Part shown: piece after piece, positions 7,985 through 17,826 of the stretch | How positions within the stretch are numbered: the first letter of the stretch is position 1 | Layout: each line of letters begins with the position of its first letter | NCBI GenBank assembly: GCA_027068765.1 | Contig: JAMOMC010000172.1 | Location: 5,123-69,122, forward strand | From: Campylobacterales bacterium | Lineage (GTDB): Bacteria > Campylobacterota > Campylobacteria > Campylobacterales > QNZT01 | Direction: 5' to 3' | Length of the DNA stretch: 64,000 bases | Program-made: the position numbers and the translations under genes | Notes under the pieces: model-generated | Databases searched by the model: none | What the model saw: the letters and a program-made list of their open reading frames with translations, nothing else | What the model was told of the DNA's origin: nothing

Positions 7985-10819
7985 TTATAATGCACCAACA
8001 GTTCGCATAGCAGCAACTGTTAGAGTTAATTTATAAAATATATCAGCAACTTCGCCAACCATATCAATACCTTTTTGAAACATAAGTTTTTTGGGTACTA
8101 TGATAACATCTCCTCTTTTAATATCTACTTTATTTGATGAAAATAGATAACTTCCGAGAGTTGCTTTTTCAGCCTCTCCATTTGCATGCATTACATATAT
8201 ATGATCAGTATCAGCAAGCTCACTCAAACCTCCACTTTTTGAAATATAATTTTTTATATCATCTCCAAGATAAACTGATGCCATAGGATTCATAACTTCT
8301 CCACTAACCACTACTGTATCTTTAAATGATGGAATAAATAGTTCATCCTCGTTTTTGAGAGTTAAGTCGTTTGAAGTTCCTTTAATAGAACTATTTATAG
8401 TTTTTGAATTATTGCAACTATTGCACGAGTGTCCTGTTTGTTGATTAGGATTTAAATTAATTGAAACTCTTCCAATTGGAGTTAACTGTTCAGCCTCTAC
8501 TATCAAAGTTTCAACAGCTTGTATACTCTCAGATATATTGATGGAGTTCATCGACTTACTACCAGATGCCCTAAGACTTGCTAAAATTACTTGCTCTTTT
8601 AGTTTTGAAAGCTCAATTTTTAGACTCTCTTTTTGAATTTTGGCAATCTCTTTTCTTGTAAATACAGCTCCATATAAAAAAGCCTCATTTGTATATCCAC
8701 CAGCTCTCTCAATCACAGATGAGAGTTTCTCTCCACTATGTATGATATAACTACCAGGAAACTTAACTTCACCTTTTAGTATAATAAATTTTCTATCATT
8801 CCAATAGGGAATTCGTTTTATATTTATCTCATCATGAGGTTGTATAATAAATGTTGAAATATCTGTCATATTTATATTGAATATCTTCTTTTTTCTCTCT
8901 CCATTAGATACATGGTATCTTATAATCTCACACTCTTTTAAGTAAGCTTTTTCTTTTAATCCTCCAGCACTCTGTATAAAGTTTTCCAAAGTCATAGCTT
9001 CTGATACTTCATATTTTCCACTTCTTATTACTTCACCAGAGATGTATGCTGTTTTTATAGGATATGTTTCAAAAAAATCAAAAAGATATATGACATCAAA
9101 TGCTTTTAAAGCAAAGTTTGGATTATTTTCAAAATCAATAATTTTCACATCAGCCTTTTTGTTTTTGTTGTCATAAGAGACTACTTTAACTCTTTGTTGG
9201 TCAAATGCCCCTTTTGTTCCAGCAGCAAATATTAGATCTTTTAATGTCATACCATCAGTAAAGAGATGTTTCCCACCTTGAATGAGTAAGGCTTGAGACT
9301 CTCCTACTTGTGATATTGTTACATATGGATTAACTCCAACATCAAGTTTATTGTATATATATAGTGTATCTCTATTAAAAAGTGTAAAATCCTCTATCCC
9401 ATCTAAGACATTTGCTAGATTGATACTAAACATCTGTGGAGTTAAATCTTTTCCAATTCTTTTAACTACAGCATAATCGAGTTTGGTGTTTTCTAAAAAC
9501 ATAGTATTAAGCTTGCCACCTCTAATCTCTTTTTTTAATAATTTTGAAAGTTGAATTTGGTTTGATCTAATCTCTCTTTTACCTTTGTTCACTACATTTC
9601 CAACTATTTGGATGAATTTTTCATTTGTTATACCCATCTTTCCTACGTAAATTTCATCACCATCTTTAAGTGTAAATCTACCAGCCTCTTTTAATGTGAT
9701 TTTGTGATATTTAATCTGTTTATTGTTTGTATATCTTTTAATATGAATTTGAAGACCATCACCAGAGCTTTTTAGACCACCTGCAATTTTTAAAATTTTT
9801 CTAAGTGATTCACCTCGTTCAATTTCAAAAATTGCCTCTTTATTTATAGCACCCTCTAACCGTACAAGACCATAAGCTCTAGGGACATGGATAGTATCAT
9901 TTGGTTGAAGCACAACATCTCCTTGATCCAACCCAGCATTTAAAAGGTGATAATAGTCAACAGTAGCTATAGTAGTTCCAGCTCTCTTTACCTTAATTTT
10001 TCGAACAGATCCAACATTTGAGACACCATTTGCTTCTATGAGTATATCTTTGACACTAGAGATTGAACTAGTATTAAAAATTCCAGGAGCATTCACAAAA
10101 CCGGTTAGAGTCACTTGTGCGGTTGAGAATGAGTTTAAATCCACAACAACCTCGCTATTTTTATATGAACTTGAGAGATAGTTTGTCAAAAGCTCTTTTA
10201 CCTCTGCATACTTTTCACCAGCGACATGAACTGGACCAATTTCTGGTATATTTATATTTCCTTGACTATTTACTGTTAGAGAGTGTTTTTTATTTGAAGC
10301 TCCATAAACCCAAAAGGTGATGTTGTCTCCACGATTTATGATATAGCTCGATGGTGCATTGATAGTTTTTTGTGAAATTTTATTTTTATTTCTAAAAAAC
10401 TCTTTTGAAAATCTTTCAAGCTTTTTATTGCTGCTTCTTGTGGAGTGTATAGACTTTATTCTTGATAATTCTTCATTGTTTGTTTTATATCTTTGTGGTG
10501 AAAGTCTTAAATCTAAATCCTTAGTAGTTACTATGGTAGCACTTAAAGTCTCATTTTCTTCTAAAGAGTCTTCAAATGTAGCTTCTGCATCTTCTATCTC
10601 ATTTGTAACTTCACTCTTTTGCAAGGTGTCATTATAAAGACCTTTAGTTGCTACATTTGATTTATGTTGCTTTATCATCTCTTTGGCTTTTGGATTATTT
10701 AGCAAAGATGGATTTTTTGCAACCATCGTTTTGGCTTGTTGCATCTGGCTTGCGGAAAATTCGCCATAAAGCGTCGTTGTCATAAACAGAGCTAAAAGTA
10801 TACTGGAGAGTTGTCTCAT
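7985..10819 (-). CDS. Large polysaccharide export protein (Wza/Poly_export + multiple SLBB-like repeats)
   Basis: Signal peptide, Poly_export-like 'YIINRGDNITFWVYG...VNSQGNINIPEIGPVHVAG', then repeated 'GD.I.VP / L.D.I..AGG' soluble-ligand-binding beta-grasp-like modules along 944 aa. Confidence 0.75.
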   Translation of the reverse strand: MRQLSSILLALFMTTTLYGEFSASQMQQAKTMVAKNPSLLNNPKAKEMIKQHKSNVATKGLYNDTLQKSEVTNEIEDAEATFEDSLEENETLSATIVTTKDLDLRLSPQRYKTNNEELSRIKSIHSTRSSNKKLERFSKEFFRNKNKISQKTINAPSSYIINRGDNITFWVYGASNKKHSLTVNSQGNINIPEIGPVHVAGEKYAEVKELLTNYLSSSYKNSEVVVDLNSFSTAQVTLTGFVNAPGIFNTSSISSVKDILIEANGVSNVGSVRKIKVKRAGTTIATVDYYHLLNAGLDQGDVVLQPNDTIHVPRAYGLVRLEGAINKEAIFEIERGESLRKILKIAGGLKSSGDGLQIHIKRYTNNKQIKYHKITLKEAGRFTLKDGDEIYVGKMGITNEKFIQIVGNVVNKGKREIRSNQIQLSKLLKKEIRGGKLNTMFLENTKLDYAVVKRIGKDLTPQMFSINLANVLDGIEDFTLFNRDTLYIYNKLDVGVNPYVTISQVGESQALLIQGGKHLFTDGMTLKDLIFAAGTKGAFDQQRVKVVSYDNKNKKADVKIIDFENNPNFALKAFDVIYLFDFFETYPIKTAYISGEVIRSGKYEVSEAMTLENFIQSAGGLKEKAYLKECEIIRYHVSNGERKKKIFNINMTDISTFIIQPHDEINIKRIPYWNDRKFIILKGEVKFPGSYIIHSGEKLSSVIERAGGYTNEAFLYGAVFTRKEIAKIQKESLKIELSKLKEQVILASLRASGSKSMNSINISESIQAVETLIVEAEQLTPIGRVSINLNPNQQTGHSCNSCNNSKTINSSIKGTSNDLTLKNEDELFIPSFKDTVVVSGEVMNPMASVYLGDDIKNYISKSGGLSELADTDHIYVMHANGEAEKATLGSYLFSSNKVDIKRGDVIIVPKKLMFQKGIDMVGEVADIFYKLTLTVAAMRTVGAL

Positions 10820-11150
10820 TTTGTTCTATCCCTTTGATATTAAAAATTACTAGATTTTAGCTTTTTATGCTTTATGTGTGAAGAAAAGTAACATATTAAA
10901 ATAAATACTTAAAAAAACAAGAATAAAGCAAAAAAAATAACTTTTTAGCAATATAACATAATTAGTTTTAAATATTAAATATATTCAATATTTTTAGGTA
11001 AAACAATAACTATTTAAACTATGAAATAAGCATTTATAAACCTTAAGTATATCGGTCGGCATTTTTATAAAAATCTTTAATATAAATTTAATATTAAACT
11101 GATACTATACTTTCAAATTCAAGATAAATAAAAAAAGGAGAATTTAAATT

Positions 11151-12521
11151 ATGAGAAAAAGAGTTTTATTAAGTGCGATGTTAGCGGGTGTTTTAGTGTT
11201 GAGTGGATGTGAGAGTAAAGATGTTCCAGGTGCTCCAGGTGCAGAAACTCCAGATACAGAAACTCCAGATACGGTATCTATCAAAACAGGTAATGGTACT
11301 ACAGTTACTGTAGACCCAGTAAAAGGCGGAACAGTTGTCATTAACAGAGATAATACTAGCGGTAAAAATAATGTTGCAACAGTAGTTAGATCTGAGCTTA
11401 AAAAATGTGCAGAGGTAGATACAAGTTTAGTTAACACTCCAGGTATAGCTTGTTCTCCAAAAGAGGGTGTAACATATATATTTGGTACAGACTATGGAAG
11501 ATTAGGACCAGTTGATGAAGATAAAGATACTGTAGATGGTGGTGTGTTATTAAAATATGCTTTAACTGAATTTGGTGGTAAAAAATTTCCTACACCAGTT
11601 GAAGGTAATGCGAGTGAAAATCGTATTCAAGAAGTTTTTATTCCAACAAACTATATTCGTTTAAATGATGCTGCAATTGCTGCAAATTTAAGTGTAGATG
11701 AGAAGTATGAGCTTATCAAAAAAGAGCTTGAAGATGTATGTAACATGAAGTGTCAGTCTGGTGAAAATGCTAATAATCCATTTTTTGGAGTTAATACACA
11801 TATAGATGGTACACCTGGTGGTTTGAGTTCTGATGGTGATGGTAGTGATGTAACAACAGGTAAGTTTATAGCAACATATGTTATGCATTTTACTAGAGGT
11901 ACAGGTGAAAAGTTATTAATGGAACAATATGCAAGTAACAATTATAGTAACTTAGAGTATCTTACGGTATCTTTTGAATTAGATGTGACAAAAGCAGGAC
12001 AAATTAATGATAATGGTACGATGCGTGATATTCTTAGATATACAACAAGAGAGAATACACCAGTTGTTTTTGGTGCTAAAAAGCATGATAGTGCTGGCGG
12101 TGGTTTGGTTGTAGTTACTGAAAATCTAAATATGAATGAGGTTATGAATCTTACTAATGTAGAAGATTCAGATAATACTTGGACAATCAACATGGCAAAA
12201 TATTTTAATAAATTGATTGCAAAAGGTGAAGCAGTAGGTGTTGCTGACTATGCAAAAGAGATTTTGGTAGAAAATGCTACAAATCCTTGGCCTGTAAAGA
12301 TTTATGGAACTTTACATAGAGTGACAGAGAGCGGTGGAGTCTATACAAATACAGATGCTACTAAGAGAAGTTATGTGAGAAATCCATCAAACTTTGATCC
12401 AAGTCTATTTGGATTAACAGCAACAGGTCCTCATGCAGATGTGTATTCTTCTAAAAAAGCAGATAACCAAGCGATAAAATTTAACATCGTTTATCCTCTT
12501 GGAGCTTACAATAAGCCATAG
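11151..12521 (+). CDS. Lipoprotein of unknown function
   Basis: AAAGGAG RBS at 11135-11141. Lipobox 'VLSGC' followed by the 'PGAPGAETPDTETPDT' linker. I recognise no family. Confidence 0.7.
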   Translation: MRKRVLLSAMLAGVLVLSGCESKDVPGAPGAETPDTETPDTVSIKTGNGTTVTVDPVKGGTVVINRDNTSGKNNVATVVRSELKKCAEVDTSLVNTPGIACSPKEGVTYIFGTDYGRLGPVDEDKDTVDGGVLLKYALTEFGGKKFPTPVEGNASENRIQEVFIPTNYIRLNDAAIAANLSVDEKYELIKKELEDVCNMKCQSGENANNPFFGVNTHIDGTPGGLSSDGDGSDVTTGKFIATYVMHFTRGTGEKLLMEQYASNNYSNLEYLTVSFELDVTKAGQINDNGTMRDILRYTTRENTPVVFGAKKHDSAGGGLVVVTENLNMNEVMNLTNVEDSDNTWTINMAKYFNKLIAKGEAVGVADYAKEILVENATNPWPVKIYGTLHRVTESGGVYTNTDATKRSYVRNPSNFDPSLFGLTATGPHADVYSSKKADNQAIKFNIVYPLGAYNKP

Positions 12522-12529
12522 TAGATTTT

Positions 12530-12558
12530 AACAATAAAGCCCAAAAGGCTTTGTTGTT
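12530..12558. terminator. Hairpin between convergent genes (possible bidirectional terminator)
   Basis: 'aacaataaagcc-caaaa-ggctttgttgtt' forms a 12-bp stem with one mismatch/wobble. It lies between the stops of the lipoprotein gene and ychF. Confidence 0.4.
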
Positions 12559-13657
12559 AGACATTAAACCTAAAGTGCATAACATCCCCATCTTGCACTA
12601 TATACTCTTTCCCTTCAAGCCTTAGTTTTCCAGCATCTTTGCTTCCAGCCTCTCCATTATAAGTTATAAAATCATTATAAGCAATAACTTCTGCTCGTAT
12701 AAAACCTTTTTCAAAGTCATTGTGAATTACAGATGCTGATTTTGGAGCAAGCCATCCTTTTTTGATAGTCCAAGATCTTACCTCTTGAACTCCTGCTGTA
12801 AAGTAAGATATAAGACCTAATTTTGAGTATGCACTTTTTATAATCTGTTCCAATCCTGACTCTTTTATGCCAAGTTCTTCTAAAAACTCTGTTACTTCAT
12901 TCTCTTCTAAGCCTACAAGCTCTTCTTCGATTTTTGCACAGAGTTTTATAACTTCAAAATTGCTCTTTTTTGCATGAGTTTTTAAAATTTTTACATACTC
13001 ATTGTCTTCTAAAAGTCCATCTTCGTCTGTATTTGCACCGTAGATAATTTCTTTATTTGATAAAAATCTAAGTTCACTATTTAGCTCTATAAAAACTTCA
13101 TCATCTTTTTTAGAAAATGAAGAGACAGGCTTTAGCTCATCAAGATGCATTTTTAACTCTTTTGCAATCTCAAGTTTTACTTTTGCCTCTTTTTGTAGCT
13201 TTGCATCTTTAGTTAATTTATCTATCTTTTTATCTAGCTGCTCAATATCAGCAAATATAAGCTCACTCTCAATTATCTCAATATCTCTAAGTGGATTTAT
13301 ACCTCCTTCAACATGTACAATATTTTCATCATCAAAACATCTAACCATATGAAGGATGACTTCCACTTCCCTTATATTTGAAAGAAACTTATTTCCAAGT
13401 CCCTCACCTTTGCTAGCCCCCTTAACAAGACCGGCAATATCTACAAAATCAATAGTTGAGTTTATAATCTTTTGTGGATTTACTATCTTTGCTAACTCTC
13501 CAAGTCTCAAATCAGGTACACCAACTATTGCCTTGTTTGGCTCAATTGTGCAAAAAGGGTAATTTTCTGCTTGTGCGTTTTGTGCTTTTGTTAGAGCATT
13601 AAAAGTTGTTGATTTTCCTACATTTGGGAGTCCTACTATTCCTACACTTAATCCCAT
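12557..13657 (-). CDS. ychF: Ribosome-binding ATPase YchF
   Basis: G1 motif 'GLPNVGKST', a coiled-coil insert, and a TGS-like C-terminus 'GKEYIVQDGDVMHFRFNV'. Confidence 0.9.
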   Translation of the reverse strand: MGLSVGIVGLPNVGKSTTFNALTKAQNAQAENYPFCTIEPNKAIVGVPDLRLGELAKIVNPQKIINSTIDFVDIAGLVKGASKGEGLGNKFLSNIREVEVILHMVRCFDDENIVHVEGGINPLRDIEIIESELIFADIEQLDKKIDKLTKDAKLQKEAKVKLEIAKELKMHLDELKPVSSFSKKDDEVFIELNSELRFLSNKEIIYGANTDEDGLLEDNEYVKILKTHAKKSNFEVIKLCAKIEEELVGLEENEVTEFLEELGIKESGLEQIIKSAYSKLGLISYFTAGVQEVRSWTIKKGWLAPKSASVIHNDFEKGFIRAEVIAYNDFITYNGEAGSKDAGKLRLEGKEYIVQDGDVMHFRFNV

Positions 13658-15136
13658 TTACGATGCCTTTTTAGATATTAATAATTTATGCTCACACATC
13701 TTTAACCAATACAGACACATTCTAACACCAGCTCCACTAGCTCCTACTTGGTTATAACCCCAGTTTTTGCTAACATATGCTGGACCTGCTATGTCAAGAT
13801 GAAGCCACTTATCTTTTAGTTTTTCATCTACAAAGTTATCTAAAAACATAGCAGCAGTGATTGCTCCTCCATATCTTGTTGAGCTGATATTTGACATATC
13901 TGCAACTTCACTCTTTATCGTTTTTCTAAGATATCTGTTAAAAGGCAAAGAGCCAGCTAACTCACCACTTTTAGATGCAGCTTTAATTATCTGATGTTTT
14001 AAATCACTACTATGCCCCATAACTCCAGTTGTATACTCACCAACTGCAACTACACAAGCACCAGTTAAAGTTGCTATATCAATAAGATAATCAGGCTCTA
14101 ACTCCCCAGCATAACAAAGACAATCAGCCAAAACAAGTCTACCCTCTGCATCTGTGTTTCTAACCTCTATTGTTTTACCATTTTTAGCTACCAATACATC
14201 ATCAGGCTTAAAAGCATCTCCACCTATCATATTTTCACATGCTCCAATTATGGCATGTATTTCAAAAGGTACTTTAAGCTCAGCCGCCCCTTTTAGTATG
14301 GACAACACAGCTGCCCCTCCACCTTTATCAGCTTTCATACTAACCATATGTTCGCTAGGTTTTAAACTAAGTCCACCACTATCATATGTTAATCCTTTTC
14401 CAACAAAAACAAATTTTGCTTTTGCATCTTTTGGTTTATAAGTTAAGTGTATAAATCTAGGTTTATGAATACTTGCTCGACTAACTGCTAAAAATGCACC
14501 CATTTTTTGATCTTTTAAAAACTCCTCATCACCTATAAAACACTCAACATCATCAAGCTTATTGGCTATATCTTGAGCTCTTTTTGCTAATATTTTTGGT
14601 GTCATATCATCTGGAACAGTGTTTACTACTTCTTTGGCTTCGTTTGTAGCATCACAGATGATGATAGCCTCTTTTATAGACTTCTGTGCACTCTCTAAAG
14701 TAATCTGTTTTTCATTATAGTCTTCTAGAGATATTGTGATAGTTTTGATAGTTTTATCTATTTTTTCACTTTTGTATCTATCAAATGTATAACTTTGTAG
14801 CTTTATTCCCTCTACTATTGCTTTTATATTTGTAGGTAATTTATTATGTAGGTAAGAGCCGATTTTTATACTTTTGTATTTTGATTTTGTGATAGCTCTA
14901 TAGCCAACTGCTAATGCTAATCTAATTTCATCTCTATCAAATGAGCTAACTCCGATATAAACACGATGTAAATGAGGTAAATATGCAACTTCTTCACTTT
15001 TTCCCTCAAATGATAAAGTTTCTAAAACTTCCAAATCCTTAATCCACTTATGTTTTAAATTTCCTTCAACTACTAAGATAAATTCACAATCAGCTTCTAT
15101 ATCTTGTAGTTTTTCCTCTGTTACTATAAATTCCAT
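13658..15136 (-). CDS. pepA: Leucyl aminopeptidase (M17)
   Basis: 'NTDAEGRLVLAD' M17 signature, 'GKGLTYDSGG' and 'MKADKGGGA'. Confidence 0.9.
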   Translation of the reverse strand: MEFIVTEEKLQDIEADCEFILVVEGNLKHKWIKDLEVLETLSFEGKSEEVAYLPHLHRVYIGVSSFDRDEIRLALAVGYRAITKSKYKSIKIGSYLHNKLPTNIKAIVEGIKLQSYTFDRYKSEKIDKTIKTITISLEDYNEKQITLESAQKSIKEAIIICDATNEAKEVVNTVPDDMTPKILAKRAQDIANKLDDVECFIGDEEFLKDQKMGAFLAVSRASIHKPRFIHLTYKPKDAKAKFVFVGKGLTYDSGGLSLKPSEHMVSMKADKGGGAAVLSILKGAAELKVPFEIHAIIGACENMIGGDAFKPDDVLVAKNGKTIEVRNTDAEGRLVLADCLCYAGELEPDYLIDIATLTGACVVAVGEYTTGVMGHSSDLKHQIIKAASKSGELAGSLPFNRYLRKTIKSEVADMSNISSTRYGGAITAAMFLDNFVDEKLKDKWLHLDIAGPAYVSKNWGYNQVGASGAGVRMCLYWLKMCEHKLLISKKAS

Positions 15137-15154
15137 TATTCTCCCTAATTATTT

Positions 15155-16360
15155 TTATTTGTCAAAATCTAAAAGCTCTTTAGCTTGCATCATATCTTTG
15201 TCTCCTCGACCTGAAAGATTTACAATTATAATCTTATCTATAATTTTCTGTTTTGGTATCTTTTTTAGATATGCAATTGCATGAGAGCTCTCTAATGCTG
15301 GTATTATTCCCTCAGATTTTGAAAGCCAAACAAATGCATCTAATGCTTCATCATCTGTTATTGACTCATATTGGACTCTGTTTTGCTCTTTTAAAAAGGC
15401 ATGTTCTGGACCAATCCCAGGATAATCTAATCCAGCTGAGATAGAGTGAGCCTCTTGTATTTGTCCATCTTCATCTTGTAGAAGATAACTCATCTGACCG
15501 TGTAAAACTCCACGACTCCCTTTTGCTAAGCTTGCTCCGTGTTTGTTATCTAGTCCAAATCCACCAGCTTCAATACCTATACAAGTTGTCTCTTTATCTT
15601 CTAAAAAGTGGTTGAAAATTCCAATAGCATTACTTCCTCCACCAATACAAGCGATTACGAAATCAGGTAGTTTATCTTCTACTTTAAGTATTTGAGCTCT
15701 TGCTTCATAACCTATGATCGATTGAATATCTCTAATCATCAATGGATAAGGGTGAGGACCTGCTACTGTTCCTATGATATAAAAAGTATCTCTAGCATTT
15801 GTTACCCAATGCCTTATAGCTTCATTCATAGCATCTTTTAGAGTTTTGCTTCCACTTTTTACTGAGTTTACCTTAGCACCTAAAAGTTTCATTCTAAATA
15901 CATTTAACTCTTGTCTTTTAACATCTTTTTCACCCATAAATATCTCACACTCTAAGCCAAAAAGTGCACATACAGTAGCCGTGGCAACTCCGTGTTGACC
16001 TGCTCCTGTCTCTGCAATTATCTTCTTTTTGCCAAGCTTTTTTGCTAAAAGTGCTTGAGCTACTGTGTGGTTTATTTTGTGGGCTCCTGTGTGGTTTAAA
16101 TCTTCTCTTTTTAGGTAAACTTTTGCACCAAGCTCCTGTGAGAGGTTTTTTGCAAAATAAAGAGGATTAGGGCGACCAACATATTGTTTATAGTAGTAGT
16201 CAACCTCCAACCAAAAATCTTTATCAAATCTTATCTTTTTATAGTTTTCATCTAATTCAAGCAATGTTGGCATTAGTGTCTCTGGAACATATCGTCCTCC
16301 AAAGATGCCAAAGTGTCCATTTTCATCTGGGTCAAATTGTGAAGTTTTTGGTATATACAC
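15155..16360 (-). CDS. trpB: Tryptophan synthase beta chain
   Basis: '[10 protein letters not shown]', the PLP-lysine motif 'HTGAHKINH', and 'GGGSNAIG'. Confidence 0.9.
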   Translation of the reverse strand: MYIPKTSQFDPDENGHFGIFGGRYVPETLMPTLLELDENYKKIRFDKDFWLEVDYYYKQYVGRPNPLYFAKNLSQELGAKVYLKREDLNHTGAHKINHTVAQALLAKKLGKKKIIAETGAGQHGVATATVCALFGLECEIFMGEKDVKRQELNVFRMKLLGAKVNSVKSGSKTLKDAMNEAIRHWVTNARDTFYIIGTVAGPHPYPLMIRDIQSIIGYEARAQILKVEDKLPDFVIACIGGGSNAIGIFNHFLEDKETTCIGIEAGGFGLDNKHGASLAKGSRGVLHGQMSYLLQDEDGQIQEAHSISAGLDYPGIGPEHAFLKEQNRVQYESITDDEALDAFVWLSKSEGIIPALESSHAIAYLKKIPKQKIIDKIIIVNLSGRGDKDMMQAKELLDFDK

Positions 16361-16914
16361 TAGAGAATCTCCAAAACAGAGTAAACAGTAGTCTCTTTTT
16401 TAAGCTCCACATCACCCTTTAAAAATTGAAGATTTATGATAAAGCATGCCTCAACACAATCTCCACCGGCTTGTTTTACTAAAGTTGCGGCTGCTTTTGC
16501 TGTACCTCCCGTTGCTATTAAGTCGTCTATAAGAAGAACTTTAGGTGAACTTTTTTCACAAGAGAATGCATCTATATGAACTTCTACTTCATCAAATCCA
16601 TATTCTAGTGAATATTTTTCAGAGATAGTAGTATATGGAAGTTTTCCCTGTTTTCGAATAGGTACAAATCCAACTCCAAGTCTATCAGCTAAAGGTGCTC
16701 CAAATATAAAACCACGACTATCAATGCCTGCAATAAAGTCTAAATCATAAGATTTATATCTCTCTTCTAGGTGATCTAGTAAAAAACCAAAAGCCTTTTT
16801 ATCTTTTAAAAGTGTAGTTATATCTTTAAAAGTAATCCCTGGTTTTGGAAAATCTTCAATATCTCTAATTGTACTTAAGAGATACTCTTTATCGTTATTA
16901 TTTAACTCTTTCAT
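16360..16914 (-). CDS. apt: Adenine phosphoribosyltransferase
   Basis: PRPP-binding '[14 protein letters not shown]' and '[12 protein letters not shown]'. Confidence 0.9.
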   Translation of the reverse strand: MKELNNNDKEYLLSTIRDIEDFPKPGITFKDITTLLKDKKAFGFLLDHLEERYKSYDLDFIAGIDSRGFIFGAPLADRLGVGFVPIRKQGKLPYTTISEKYSLEYGFDEVEVHIDAFSCEKSSPKVLLIDDLIATGGTAKAAATLVKQAGGDCVEACFIINLQFLKGDVELKKETTVYSVLEIL

Positions 16915-16922
16915 AAAAATCC

Positions 16923-17006
16923 TTATTTAAACATGGTGAATTTTAGTGCTAAAAAAAGAACTAAAATAATCCCAAATGCTATAAAACCTACACTCTCTAT
17001 GCCCAT
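16923..17006 (-). CDS. Possible 27-aa hydrophobic micro-protein ([27 protein letters not shown])
   Basis: ATG at 17006 is preceded by 'AAAGGATGAAATT'. It encodes a single predicted TM helix and fills the otherwise empty gap between two same-strand genes. It is below the ORF-track size cutoff. Confidence 0.3.
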   Translation of the reverse strand: MGIESVGFIAFGIILVLFLALKFTMFK

Positions 17007-17017
17007 AATTTCATCCT

Positions 17018-17350
17018 TTATATTAATGCTTCTATTCTATCTTCAAGCTCTTTTATCTTTTTTGTTAATTGATCATTTTCTAACTTATTTTGTGAGTTTC
17101 TAGCCCTTAGAGTTTTTATATCATTTCTAACTTTGTTTAATTCCTCGGTTAATATATCGATATTTCCAATTGCTCGTTGGAGTTGTATACGGTATTTTCT
17201 AATCATCAGTTTTGAATCGTCTATATTGCCTTTTTTAATTTTATTGCTTTTTTCTTCTCTCTTATATAGAGCTTTATTATAATTTAACATAATCAAAAGA
17301 TAGATAATAATAAATATCAAAATAGTATAAAAAAGCCACTCTCCAAACAT
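17018..17350 (-). CDS. Membrane-anchored coiled-coil protein, unknown function
   Basis: N-terminal TM 'WLFYTILIFIIIYLLIML' followed by a heptad-rich, K/E-rich tail. Tightly packed after rpiB. Confidence 0.5.
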   Translation of the reverse strand: MFGEWLFYTILIFIIIYLLIMLNYNKALYKREEKSNKIKKGNIDDSKLMIRKYRIQLQRAIGNIDILTEELNKVRNDIKTLRARNSQNKLENDQLTKKIKELEDRIEALI

Positions 17351-17779
17351 CTACAACTCAATCTTCTTTACTCTATTTGCATGTCTTCCACCTTCAAAAC
17401 TACTCTCACTCCAAGCTTTGCAGATACTCTCAATCACACCAAGCCCAACAACTCTTTGCCCAAAACATAAAACATTGGCATCATTATGCTCTCTTGCCAT
17501 TTTTGCTGTAAAACTATCATGGCATAGTGCTGCTCGTATATTTTTATGCTTGTTTGCAGCCAAACTCATACCAATACCTGTCCCACAAATTAATACTCCT
17601 TGAGTACCTAAATCATTTAAAACATTTTCACAAAGTTTATGAGCAAAATCTGGATAATCAACTCTACTATCATCCATAGGTCCTAAATCTATAACTTCAT
17701 TTCCTAAATCTTGAAGTATCTTTTTAACATTTTCTTTTATGCAAAATGCCGCATGGTCAGTTGCTATATAAATTTTCAT
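17351..17779 (-). CDS. rpiB: Ribose-5-phosphate isomerase B
   Basis: 'GVLICGTGIGMSLAANK' and 'HNDANVLCFG'. Length is 142 aa. Confidence 0.9.
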   Translation of the reverse strand: MKIYIATDHAAFCIKENVKKILQDLGNEVIDLGPMDDSRVDYPDFAHKLCENVLNDLGTQGVLICGTGIGMSLAANKHKNIRAALCHDSFTAKMAREHNDANVLCFGQRVVGLGVIESICKAWSESSFEGGRHANRVKKIEL

Positions 17780-17826
17780 TAATTTACCTTTATTGGTCGC
17801 GATTATATCTAAAATGGGATAAAAAT

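Noticed and set aside
10820-11150. 330-bp AT-rich intergenic region, examined for ncRNA, CRISPR-like repeats or tRNA.
   Set aside because: I saw no stem-loop-rich structure, repeat array or tRNA-like cloverleaf. It most simply holds divergent promoters for the export operon and the lipoprotein gene.
11144-12193. Cluster of minus-strand ORFs (11144-11437, 11688-11888, 11753-11941, 11942-12193) opposite the lipoprotein gene.
   Set aside because: These are shadow ORFs permitted by the locally less AT-rich codon composition of the plus-strand gene. The plus-strand gene has an RBS, a lipobox and a full-length frame.
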